A DNA stretch of 64,000 bases, taken from positions 44,330,001 through 44,394,000 of the forward strand of contig NC_135817.1 in NCBI RefSeq assembly GCF_964213995.1, given 5' to 3'. Source of the stretch: Mustelus asterias. Taxonomy: Eukaryota. How positions within the stretch are numbered: the first letter of the stretch is position 1; each line of letters starts with the position of its first letter. Made by a program: the position numbers and the translations under genes. Of this stretch, positions 38,136 through 50,729 are shown one piece after another. The notes under the pieces were generated by a model that saw only the letters and a list, made by a program, of their open reading frames with translations, had not been told where the DNA came from and ran no database searches.

Positions 38136-41100
38136 CCCGCTCCTGACGTTTTCCTTTTGCTCCACCGTCAACCCAGCTCCCTTTCTGACTGCTCTACCGG
38201 AGGAGCTCCCAGACCCTCTGCATGATTGCCTCCTCAGGAACAATTTTTTGACATCTCCTCGCCCCGACCTGAGTGATGTCCCTTTGTCCTCACCAGACCA
38301 TACCTTTTATGTTGACGAAAGCTCATCTATTTCTTTAGGAGGGAAGCCCCTCTCCGGCTATGCCATGGTGGACGCTACAGAGGTCTTGGAATCGGCATCC
38401 TTTGACCCCCCCAGTCTCCGCCCCGAAAGCAGAACTATTTGCCCTGACTCGGGCCTGCATCTTGGCGGCTGGCTGTTCTGTTAACATCTATACTGATTCT
38501 CGCTATGCCTTTGGCGTTACCCATGATTTTGGTCAGTTATGGGCCCAGCAAGGTTTTCTTACCTCCTCGGGTTCCCCGATCCAAAACTCCTTTTTAATTA
38601 AGAACCTACTACAGGCTATCCTTCTCCCGGCAAAACTGGCTGTTATTAAATGATGTGGAGATGCCGGCGTTGGACTGGGGTGAACACGGTAAGAAGTCTC
38701 ACAACACCAGGTTAAAGTCCAACAGGTTTATTTGGTAGCAAATACCATAAGTTTTCGGAGCACTGCTCCTTCGTCAGATGGAGTGGAAATGTGCTCTCAA
38801 ACAGTGCAAACAGACAAAATCAAGTTGCAGAATACTGATTAGAATGCGAATCCTACAACCAGCCAGGTCTTAAAGATACAGACAATGTGGGTGGAGGGAA
38901 CATTAAACACAGGTTAAAGAAATGTGTATTGTCTCCAGACAGAACAGCTAGTGAGATTCTACAAGCCCAGGAGGCAAGCTGTGGGGGTTACTGATAATGT
39001 GACATAAATCCAACATCCCGGTTTAGGCCGTCCTCATGTGTGCGGAACTTGGCTATTACTTTCTGCTCAGCGACTCTGCGCTGTCGTGTGTCGTGAAGGC
39101 CGCCTTGGAGAACGCTTACCTGAAGATCCAAGGCTGAATGCCCGTGACTGCTGAAGTGCTCCCCCACAAGAAGAGAACAGTCTTGCCTGGTGATTGTCGA
39201 GCGGTGTTCATTCATCCGTTGTCGTAGTGTCTGCATGGTTTCCCCAATGTACCATGCCTCGGGACATCCTTTCCTGCAGCGTATCAGGTAGACAATGTTG
39301 GCCGAGTTGCAAGAGTAGGTACCGTGTACCTGGTAGATGGTGCTCTCACGTGAGATGATGGCATCCGTGTCGATGATCCGGCACGTCTTGCAGAGGTTGC
39401 TGTGGCAGGGTTGTGTGGTGTCGTGGTCACTGTTCTCCTGAAGGCTGGGTAGTTTGCTGCGGACAATGGTCTGTTTGAGGTTGTGTGGGAACACCATCTA
39501 CCAGGTACACGGTACCTACTCTTGCAACTCGGCCAACATTGTCTACCTGATACGCTGCAGGAAAGGATGTCCCGAGGCATGGTACATTGGGGAAACCATG
39601 CAGACACTACGACAACGGATGAATGAACACCGCTCGACAATCACCAGGCAAGACTGTTCTCTTCCTGTGGGGGAGCACTTCAGCAGCCACGGGCATTCAG
39701 CCTTGGATCTTCAGGTAAGCGTTCTCCAAGGCGGCCTTCACGACACACGACAGCACAGAGTCGCTGAGCAGAAATGGCCTAAACCGGGATGTTGGATTTA
39801 TGTCACATTATCTGTAACCCCCACAGCTTGCCCCCTGGGCTTGTAGAATCTCACTAGCTGTTCTGTCTGGAGACAATACACATTTCTTTAACCTGTGTTT
39901 AATGTTCCCTCCACCCACATTGTCTGTACCTTTAAGACCTGGCCGGTTGTAGGATTCGCATTCTAATCAGTATTCTGCAACTTGATTTTGTCTGTTTGCA
40001 CTGTTTGAGAGCACATTTCCACTCCATCTGACAAAGGGGCAGTGCTCCGAAAGCTTATGGTATTTGCTACCAAATAAACCTTTTGGACTTTAACCTGGTG
40101 TTGTGAGACTTCTTACCGTGTTATTAAATGTGCAGCCCACACATCAGACTCGTCATTGGTCACTAAGGGTAATGCCCTGGTTGATCGTGCCGCCAAAGCA
40201 GCTGCCGCCTCTGGCGCTATGGTCGTGCCATCCATGAATAAGCAGGCGATAAACCACTAGCCTCCTTTGACCACGCCAGGCATGCCAGATATAGCCACTG
40301 TTCAGCGCTTACTGGGGGATGCCCCTGCTTCTGAACAAGACATTTGGAAGACGCATGGATGTTCGCATTCTGCGTCAACAGGTCTCTGGGTTACTCCAGC
40401 TGGCCAAGTCTGTGTACCCAATGCATTATTACCGTTATTGCTTGATTGCTTGCACTCGGATATGCACCTCGGCAGGGAGGGAATATGTGGAATATTGCTC
40501 CGCACCTGGTGGCACCCGCGATTAAATGAAGCAGCCCAATCCCGTATTCTGTCATGTTTCATATGTCGACAGAAAAATCCCGCCAAGGTATCAGGAGTCC
40601 ACAAGGTAGCACCCACTTGCTGGGAGGCCCATTTGACTGCGTCCAGTTAGATTTTATAGAATTACCTCGTGTACATTGCTACAAATATTGTCTTGTAATT
40701 GTCAATGTGTTTAGCCGTTGGATCGAGGAGTTCCCCACTACCAATAACAAAGCCTCTACAGTGGTAAAATTATTACTGACAGAAATTATACCCAGATTTG
40801 GCATACCCCAACAGATTAGCTCGGACAATGGTCCCCACTTTGTTGGAAAAATGAATAAGGAAATGTGCGACATATTACACATTCAGCAACAGTTCCATTG
40901 TGCCTATCACCCCCAGGCAGCAGGAATAGTGGAAAGAGCTAATGGGGCCCTTAAAATCAAGCTAGCCAAGTTGACGTCTGAAACCGGTCCAAATTGGCTA
41001 AAGGTCTTACCCTTAGCCCTCTACCACATGAGAATAATACCCCATTCTACCATCGGACTATCGGCTGCTGAAATAGTCTATGGTAGGCCAAGCAGAACAC

Positions 41101-41420
41101 CCTGGGATGCGAATATGAGCCCGCCCACTCAGATAGATTTACACGTTATGAGTGATGAAATGCAGAAGTACTTCCACCAGCTAACATCATCTTTTAAGTT
41201 TCTGCATTCACAGGTACAGTGCGCCTTTGGATCAAACGAGTGGATGGAGCCAGATCCTGACCCACAGACCGACTTCATTGGACCCCAGATAGGAGATCTA
41301 GTACTAATAAGGAAATGGGATTGGCCCAAACTTGGACCGCGGTGGAAAGGACCGTTCCAGGTTCTCCTCCAGACTCCAACTGCATCAAGGTTCAAGGACA
41401 ACCTCGCTGGATACATCTGA
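38136..41420 (+). pseudogene. ERV-A pol remnant: tether, RNase H and integrase (PR and RT deleted)
   Basis: HDCL, PRPDLSDVPL, FYVDESS, AELFALTRA, IYTDSRYAFG, AVIK|CAAH..GNALVDRAAK; IN HxxxH, CxxC, QLDFIEL, SSDNGPHF, GIVERANG, GPFQVLL. Confidence 0.92.
38653..40118. mobile_element. Palindromic Penelope-like insertion in ERV-A RNase H
   Basis: Minus arm GIY-YIG ORF 38988-39497, plus arm from ~39489; 12-bp TSD tgttattaaatg (38641-52, 40119-30); hammerhead motifs at 38745-38781 (-) and 40024-40060 (+, core mutated). Confidence 0.95.
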
Positions 41421-42768
41421 GTGACCATAAACGATGGATCCCAGCCCCTACCGATAAACCATGAAGGTTCTTCTTATCATCCTCAGCCTTTCGGCTATCC
41501 TCTGGTATGAGGACGACCAATCCAAAGGAAAAGAAGTCTGGGAAATGGACTAATCGATGGACATTCGCATCCTAATACCTTTTTGTATATGTCTTATCTT
41601 TATGCATTGCGATCAAACCTGAGTAAGTGTTGGGTATGTTCACATATCCTACCCATACCAAAGGAGGGATCCCCTTGTTCCCCGTCCCCTTATCCACACA
41701 GGAAACTATAGAATGGATACTGCGTCAGATCAGGACTGAAGGTGGGAGGCGAAGCGGTTCTTAGACTATCGGAGGTAACTACCAGGTCGATATTACGGGT
41801 GACGTTTCTACGCTGAAAACTGCTGGGTGTAACTTGACGACCTTTACTCATCGCTTTAAACCTAATTTTAATAGGTTGAACTCCCCACCTCATTTTGTTG
41901 TCATGAATTAACAGCATGGATCCGTATGTATCATTAGAAATGGGACTAAGCCGGTAGGCCGTAGTAGCTGTCACCAGACTGTTGTAGGTAGAAAAACCTC
42001 TGACACTATTAGTGGATCAAAGTGCAGGTTTATTTTCACAATTGTGGGAGAAGTGAGGTTCCTAACAGTGGACCCCCAGCCTTCTCCTTGAACACAAGTA
42101 AGAACAGAGATTTATACATTTCGGTTCCCGCCCCTATTACATTGCAATTTTCTAAGATGTCTGTCATTGTTCATGGTGAGATTCTTGTTGCATCAGCAGT
42201 TTCTTCCTCTACATAGTTTGTTCAATCTTCAAGGCCACGATCGTTTGTCATTTATAGTCTTGAAACAACATCACAGGTTTTGCACAAACAAGTTAACTTA
42301 TATACATACAAGGGTATAGGAGTTTGTATAATACTTTATATCAGGATAAGATGAATAACATATGATGAATATATATATGAATCTATGGTTACACGATCAC
42401 AGAAGGCATACATGTCAACTCCATGGTGTTAAACAAAGGTACAAAAAATGGAGTCTAGCTTAGCTTATTTGAGCTGGGTTAGCTGCATTCCTGAATACGA
42501 TAGCTGGAGAGAGCAGGGATATTTGTTCCTCTTATCTGGTCTGGATGCACGAAAACAATTAATTTTAACAAAAACAATTAATTTTACAGTACCCCTCACG
42601 AATCTCTTAAGTATTACAGAGGTGAGTCTAAATGCTTCAGCGTTACAAAGTTCATTAACCCATTCCCGTCTTCATTTTCCCCCCTTTTGGTCGGATGCCA
42701 GGTCCAAACATGGCACCTATGACCAACTCAGAACCACATGTTATCGGGGAATGGGCCTAGCTCCTTAG

Positions 42769-44142
42769 TCAGGAGGTCTGACCCTCCGCCTGTACACTTG
42801 CGACCGTCATAATTTGCGCTGTTACTGTTTTGCAACAGGCATTCAATAATTCCATACAAACACAGCAAGTAATTACAATTGCAATTAATACAATCAATCC
42901 ATGCATCAGGTATGCACCCCATGACCCGAACCATTGCCCCAGCCAGCCCAGAGGGTTATAATCGTGATATTGGTTCCCCTCATCCTGTATTGTTTTCGCC
43001 ACGTGTTTAATATGATCTGCCAAGTGAGTTATATTCTCCGAAGCATCGGGAATATACATACAGCATTCGGAGCCAACTATGGCACATGTTCCTCCTTGGG
43101 AGGCTAGCACATAATCGAGTGCTAATCGGTTCTGTAACGCCACAGTCCGAATAGCTATGACCTCTGCTGATATTTCAGAGACGGCCGTGCTCACCTCCTC
43201 GAACCCATTTTTAGTCTCATTTGCAATTTTCTCTAGGGTTGAGGCCATCCGTATAAGTTCCTGTGCCGCCTTTGCCGTCCCCAAAAATGGGTAGGCTATC
43301 ATGAAGAATCGTTCTGTCTCACTAATGGCTCCCTTAGCCCTAAGCAGGTGTATCTCGGGGTGGTCCTGTAAGTCAGTGTAATGGTGAATATAGGGCACCA
43401 CATATGCCAAATAACACGATCCTGTCTAATTCCAGGGAAGCCACGGATAGGCATTGTTTCCACAAACAAAATAGGTACCATTATATGCAGTCACCTCGCT
43501 TATATAAGCAGAGGAGAGGCTAACCGGGACGGTGGCGATGGGGCACTGGATTGTGGCCTGTATCATGGCCTCAGCATCATCAGTGATATCAATCTGCTGT
43601 ATACAGTAGCTACGGCCAACAGGTACGGTTCCATTTCTTGTCAGGCAGTTAGCTCCCCCTTGTTGATTTTTCACAATGAAGTAGGGTGGGGAATCTGATC
43701 TGTCATAGTTGGGTTGGTAATGTTTCTTAAAGGTCAATAAAGTGCACCCTCCGCCCCCTAGCCTTGAAATAACATCACTGTTGCTGATACCCTGCATAGT
43801 GGTACCCGATGGGGTTTTAAATGTCAGTTTCCTTGACCCTTCCTGGGTTCCATTCTGATTTAAAACCCATTCTATTGTTAGAATAGCTGAAAAAGGGATA
43901 GAGAATAAAGGAATTCCTCCCTTTCCTCCGTGCATGGGAATGTGTGAACAGACCCAGCACTTGCTCAGATTCGATTGTGATGCATACAGATAAGACATAT
44001 ACACAAAGGTGTTCATACAATAGACAGAGTCATTGTTACAGAGATGATCACTGTGCTTCATCCCTAACTTCTCATAATTCAATTTATACTTTCCCGCTAT
44101 GGCTAACAGGGCCAGGGTCGTGAGTATCAGCATGAGAAGCAT
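42769..44142 (-). pseudogene. ERV-B gamma-type env, one frame with a single premature stop
   Basis: 458 codons; TAG at 43426-28 where ERV-A has Trp. Signal peptide, CWVC, RAKG (degenerate furin site), LQNRLALDYVLASQGGTC, CAIVGSECC (CX6CC), TM helix. Confidence 0.92.
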
Positions 44143-47100
44143 CTTATCACTTACTAATATCCCGTGCGACCATTATACAATGGTCCAAAGGCTATATCGC
44201 CCACACGCAACATTCCTGCGTGCCCGTTCAGCTTGCTTGGAGGTCAGTCGTTGTTTGTTTATATCTGCAATTGGAGTATATCACATATTTTTCCAATTAA
44301 TTCCAGCATATATTTTTCAATATTTCCATATACTTTTCCTGATGTCTGTATGGCTTTAGCCAGTGCAAAGACTTCATTTAAAGTATTTTTGCCCAATGTA
44401 ATTAATTGTGCTATGCTTTAAGTTAATTTAAGCTAATTTGGCCACATCAGCTTGGAATTCTGAGTCCAACCTAGAAACTTAACTGCATTCTCTGAAAATA
44501 CAATGTAAGGTAAACAAACTTTCTCATGGCCAAAAAAGCAAGTTGTTGATGTAGCTGGAGACTGCTTGTATGTAATAATATCTGATTTAGTTATGCTTTA
44601 GAAACAGATGTTTTGAGTTGTTCAATCTCAGCGCTGGTTTTTGGCTGCTCTCTCTCTCCTTTCTCTAAAATATTTATTTCGTTATTTCAAAAACAATGCT
44701 TAAAGAAAGGCATATTTACTTCAGATCAGTTGAGTTTATTCTGAAGAAATAAACAGACCCTTCAGTTGGCTTAGTGCGTGTCAAACAACACATTGCACTG
44801 GCTGCAGCTGGCTAATTCTGTCAAAGGACATCGCTTTCCCCATTAAGATCACATGCCATACAGCTCCGATCTTTATATGATGTACTCTTACATTACATCT
44901 AATTTGATCATTTGTTTGTCCACATTTGAAAGTGCAATGTTTATGCAGAAATGATCCTTCTATAGACAGATTGTCTCATAAGGTAAACACCAGTGTTTCG
45001 TGGTCATGGATGCCAATTGTATGCTGCCAGACACAGCTCTTTAAAAACACAGATAACCGAAATGCTGTAAGATTTCTGAGTCTGGCTGCAAAGCCAGTCT
45101 CCAACTCTTTCTCTCTCTCCTCTCTCAAGTAATCCGGTTTCACTTCCTGTCATGTTAATGTTAATTGTGCAAGCTGTTACAAATTATGGCAAATAATGTT
45201 TACATGTTTGGAATAGCTAGCCTTTTTTCCCACAGAATTATTTCTTTATCAATACACAATATATATTATATAATTGGTTAAGGCTCTTCAGGATTTGATT
45301 TTCTCGGGTATATCCAAAACCCCTTAATTTAAGCCGTTTTCATTTTTAGACTGAGTTCCAGATCAGAATTCCTTCATTTTCAGAACAATAACAAGCACAA
45401 TACATGTAACAAGAGTTACTTGATTAGAAATGTTTTTGTTTGATGGCTAGGTTCTAAGCTTTGCAGTGTTCTTATATTTGGAAAACCTTGAACAATAGAT
45501 GAACAACACCTGCAATTCCAACAGCAGTATATAATTTCAACGAGTTACAGCATACTATACTATCAGAACTATCATCAATGTGAGATGATTTAGATGATGT
45601 AATTTGTTACATGTTATCGGAACATCACACAAGCCTTGAATTTCATATCGGTAACTGACTGGCAGCACAAGTTCCAATAATTCATGGCGTTCAATGGTTG
45701 GCATCAAATGCAGAGTGAAAATACTCAAGGACAACATCTCTATATCTGTATTAACAACTGAGGTTTTAACTGATTAATCCCCTGCTATAACTTGGGATAA
45801 TCAGAACTACGATTCATTTCACTAATTTGATACACTTTAAACTGACTCAGAGACAGTATATTCACCTTATTCATTTGTTCCTGTTTTTCGTTGTTTTCAC
45901 AAAATTACTTAGTATTTTTTTAACTTCTCAACTATACTCTTATTTCAACTTCAAAACAAGGAAAGAGCACATGGTCCTTCCAAGGTTTAACTCCTTTCTC
46001 AACATTAAAACAGTGAAGCGAACAACAATAAAACATTCACGCAACCACTTTGTTAAACACACAGATACACATGGAAGCTTCCAACATTTATTCAGACTTA
46101 ACATCTTAAACTGGGATGAAAGTAAAACACTTGAGAATACAGACCGTTGATTAACAGTCACTTTTATTCTGCTGTCTTTCAACCTGTAATTAAACTCAAA
46201 ACAGAAGTAAATTCAAGAAATCTTATCACTTTAATCTCTAACAGTTTGTAACAAACACTTCCTCAGCATTTTCTTATCTCATTTATTCCACTGAATTATT
46301 TCCCTCATCTCTAATTATATTGATTTGTCAATTTGGTATTATAAGCGGGCACTCCCTTTTAGTCCGTCTGGCAATTAATACAGCTTCCAACCTTCCAAGT
46401 GTGCTTTGTGTTCAGAACTACTACTCCAGTTTCTTATAACACGAAGGTCCATCCTGTCTAAGACAGGATGGATTAATTCTCTGCTTATTTCAGCAGAGAG
46501 GCGGAGGAGTAAATTCACTCAGATGAACATAAACAAGTGATTCATCATCACTCCAAATACGCAGGAATAATTCTTTCCATTTATCTTTTCATTGTCAGTT
46601 CTAGCAAAAATACATTTTCAAATTTAACAAAAGCCTGATCCAAATAATCCATTTATTTTATCACTTTTAAATATTCCTACTAAATTAAGACATTTACACT
46701 TTCTTACAGGCTCTCCGGTTTAAGCTCAAAATGTGCATAATTAATTATTTCTACAGTTCTGCTTTTGTAACCAACACAGGCAGATACAAGGTCGAACCTA
46801 CTGCGTGCCTTTGGTTAACTCTCCTTACAATTTTTGAGATGTAATGTAATGCTACTTTTCCCACATCCCTCAAATCTCTGTCCGATGCCTCTATTGTAAA
46901 ATTTACTGGGGAACATAATTTATTAAACTCGCACTCAAAGCAAACAATTCACTTTGATCTGCTGTACCCTATTCCACCACATGAGGCTCTTGATCACAAT
47001 TACATCTCTCTCTCTCCGAGGGAGAGAGAGAAAAACTTACAGCCTGCTGGTGTTTAACCCTTTACTCCCCTTTTTAGTCTTATCACGCTTCAAAGTAACC

Positions 47101-47149
47101 AAGTTAGCCTGATTTGAGTAGTCCCTTCTGTCTTTGCAGCGGCACTGGC

Positions 47150-47855
47150 ACTGGTGTCTGTCTTATTCATCGGGGCAATGACGGCTACCTTAGATGTCTG
47201 GTCTACACTGGTCAATTCCACCACCCCTGTTCATTCGTATCGGAATTTTGGAACAACATTGGCAACCCAGATACCTCTTTATCTTTCCTTTGATTCTCAC
47301 ATACACTGATCCCTCTTCTGTGTGCATTCTTCCTCCTCTTAATTGTTTTGTTGTGGTAATTCTGCTCCAATAAGTGGGAGCATTCCCTAATACTCTCTGA
47401 ATCTCCCCTCTGAATCTCTGTTTTACACTGGGTGAAGGGTTTATAATTTTGCTTTTGGCCGCGCACCAGTTCCCCTCCGGGTTACTGGCGCTGAGTTGTA
47501 TTCTAGCACTTCCCACTCCTCTGGAGGAGCGGTTGGTCCCAGTGTGGACTCATTAGGAGGTAAAGGAACAGTTTCCCCTCCCCATTGTTTTTCTTCTAAG
47601 ACTTGGTTTCGTTTCTCCAATTCTCTTATTCTGAATTCTAATTCTCTAATCTTTTCTTTATCTTGCTCAATTAGTCCAGCTAACTGATGTATTAACCATA
47701 CTCCGACCTTCTTTGTCTTGTTTCTCTTTTCTTTATCCATGTTTTCTGCTACTCTAAGGTCTGAGACGTATCTCAGCCATCCTTTTGCATCCTCTTTATG
47801 AATGCTTTTTTCTTTGATATGTACACGTCAATGAGAGGACCTGCAGATCCCCTCA
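47150..47855 (-). pseudogene. ERV-B second, partial gag paralog
   Basis: KEKRNKTKKVGVWLIHQLAGLIEQ, coiled coil, PTAP and YKPFT; homologous to the N-terminus of the first gag. Confidence 0.75.
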
Positions 47856-48804
47856 TTACTTCATTATCTGCCATTTCGCAGACTTCACTACCCCCTTTGG
47901 AGCCCTACAGTGTCTGACAAAGTGACCCAGTTTCCCACAGTTATGGCACGCACCCTTTGGTTTGGCTCCTCCACTGTTTGCACTAACATTTTCCTGTTTT
48001 ATTTGTAGGTATGGTCTCTCATCTGGTCCATCTCTAATTCCAGATGCCCATTCCACTAATACATCATAAGTCTGGGTTTTGAGAACTCCCATTTTAAGGA
48101 TTTACTGGTGAGCTGGCGACAGCCCGTCTTTAAATGCTTGTAAAAAGGCTCTATCTGTTCGGGCAGTTTCGGGTATTCCCCAACATTTTTGGTATACTCT
48201 AAAGAGTCGCTCCCCAAATTCGGAGGCTCTTTCACCCCTTTGTTGTTTAACATTGGTAATTCTGGACCAATTGGTTGGTCCCGCTCCGTCACTCATTAGT
48301 CTCCACGTATCCTGTGGGCAAGTGGCCCATACCAACTGGCGCATATCCCGCAAATATAAATGGAGCCTTCCCAGGAATGCCAAAACTTGTTGTCTTTCTT
48401 CTAGGGTAAAGGGTTTATATCGGGTGGGACTCTGTAATGTCCCACCCTTAGTTAAGGAAGCAGATCATGGACCTCTTCCTCATCGGGGTCTCCCACTGAT
48501 GCCGTGGCGCCAGGGTCCTCTAAAGGTTGGTTGCGCTTGTCTAATTCTCTTTTTGCTTTGACATCAGCCCATTTCTTACCCAAGACTGAGACCTGTTCAA
48601 TTAATCCAGCCAATTGGTGAACTAAGAGAACTCCAATTTTCTTAGTTCTGTTTTTCTTTTCCTTTTCCAACCATTTTTGTTGTTGGTCTAGTGGGTGGTC
48701 TAAATCCCATCCCCCTTTTATCACCTGTTTAATGAGTTTGTCCCTCTTAATCATATATTCGTTTATTAGGGACCCAGGGGTCCGCACTGTCTTTGTCCCG
48801 CCAT
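47856..48804 (-). pseudogene. ERV-B gag (frameshifted)
   Basis: KEKKNRTKKIGVLLVHQLAGLIEQ; MHR-like QQRGERASEFGERL; AFKDGL; zinc knuckle CHNCGKLGHFVRHC. Confidence 0.85.
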
Positions 48805-49176
48805 AACACTGATAAGTTTATACTCACCACCTGGAGTGATCTATTCTCCTTTCTCACGCTCCTCCTCCTAGGTCGCTCTTATCGGAGTCCGGTGATACCT
48901 GTAAGGGGTGATTAGATCCCTCCGTATCACCGCTTATGCTATATATTTGTTAAGCCGGCTTCTCCTCAGAAGGCTTTTCCTTCTAACTCTTTTACATGAA
49001 GGCTTTTCCTTCAAATTCCGGCGATCACTCAGACAGTCCCTATCTCACTCACGTCTGAACATCACACACTCTTATCACAGATGATTACCTACTGCAGTTT
49101 GACCCACTCTATTTAAAGTTCGGTAATCTATTCAGGTGTCTCGGTTGTGGCCATCCAACCGGACCGTAAACAGATT

Positions 49177-49194
49177 ATCCCAGACGAGCCCCCA
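49177..49194 (-). promoter_or_regulatory. ERV-B primer binding site, tRNA-Pro
   Basis: TGGGGGCTCGTCTGGGAT, one mismatch to canonical PBS-Pro TGGGGGCTCGTCCGGGAT. Confidence 0.95.
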
Positions 49195-50729
49195 ATTGTT
49201 GTAGGTAAAAAAACCTCTGACACTATTAGTAGATCAAAATGCAGGTTTATTTTCACAATTGTGGGAGAAGTGAGGTCCCTAACAGTGGACCCCCAGCCTT
49301 CTCCTCGAACACAAGTAAGAACAGAGTTTTATATATCTCGGTTCCCGCCCCTATTACATTGCAATTTTCTAAGATGTCTGTCATTGTTCATGGTGAGATT
49401 CTTGTTGCATCAGCAGTTTCTTCCTCTGCGTAATTTGTTCAATCTCCAAGGCCACGATCATTCATCATTTATAGCCTTGAAACAACATCACAGGTTTTGC
49501 ACAAACAAGTTAACTTATATACATACAAGGGTATAGGAGTTTGTATAATACTTTATATCAGGATAAGATGAATAACATATGATGAATATATATATGAATC
49601 TATGGTTACACAATCACAGAAGGCATACATGTCAACTCCATGGTGTTAAACAAAGGTACAAAAAATGGAGTCTAGCTTAGCTTATTTGAGCTGGGTTAGC
49701 TGCATTCCTGAATACGATAGCTGGAGAGAGCAGGGATATTTGTTCCTCTTATCTGGTCTGGATGCACGAAAACAATTAATTTTAACAAAAACAATGAATT
49801 TTACAGTACCCCTCACGAATCTCTTAAGTATTACAGAGGTGAGTCTAAATGCTTAAGCGTTACAAAGTTCATTAACCCATTCCCGTCTTCACAGACCTTC
49901 AATGTTACTAAGGGCACCCAAAGGGACATGCTGAAAATTGAGTGTTCTAACGGTATTGCCCAACTCAGGATGGATCCCGAACTACTGAGCGACATGATGG
50001 CGTATAATGGTACCTATTTTGTCTGCGGAAACAACGCCTATCCATGGCTCCCTTGGCATTGGGCAGGATCTTGCTATCTAGCATATGTGGTCCCCTATAT
50101 CCGACATTATGACTCCCTATGACTCCACCCCAAGATACACCTTTTGAAATCAAAATGGGCCATCACGGAGACCCAGCGGTTTTGGATGATAGCCTTTCCT
50201 CTTTATGATACAGCCAAAGCTGCCCGAGAACTGATCAACATGGCGTTAGCTCTCGAGAAAATAGCCAATGACACAGCAGATGGTCTGGAAAGTGTGAGCA
50301 CGGCCATATCTGAGGTGTCGGCAGAAGTAATTGCCATCCGAACGATAGCCCTCCAAAACTGAATGGCCTTAGATTATTTACTGGCCAAATCGGGAGGTAC
50401 ATGCACTCTAGTGGGACAGAGTGCTGCACCTATATCCCTGATTCCTCTGAAAATATAACAAGCCTCGTTGATCACATCAGAGAGATAGCAGATAAGATCA
50501 GAACCGAAGGGCACAGATTCAACAATTACAACCCCCCTGGTTGATGGCCGTTTGGGAGCATATTTGGTGACTGGGGAGGAATGATAGTACACCTGGGGAT
50601 CATTATCTTGGTCATGTTGATCATTTTATTTTTTCTCAAATGCCTATGTAATTATTTGTCCCGTTCTTCCAATGGTCCCCTGTAAAACGATTTACGGATT
50701 AGTTATCATGGAATGATAAAAGGAGGGAA

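Larger units (their letters stand above)
41980..49891 (-). mobile_element. ERV-B: non-autonomous gag-gag-env provirus
   Basis: 695-bp LTRs at 41980-42674 and 49197-49891; 5-bp TSD cagac; PBS-Pro; PPT aaaggggggaaaa; no recognisable PR/RT/IN core. Confidence 0.95.
41461..50690 (+). pseudogene. ERV-A env split by ERV-B (41461-41979 and 49897-50690)
   Basis: Signal peptide MKVLLIILSLSAILW, CWVCSH, AYNGTYFVCGNNAYPWLP, fusion peptide AITETQRFWMIAFP, ISD LQN*MALDYLLAKSGGTC; stops and frameshifts. Confidence 0.9.
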
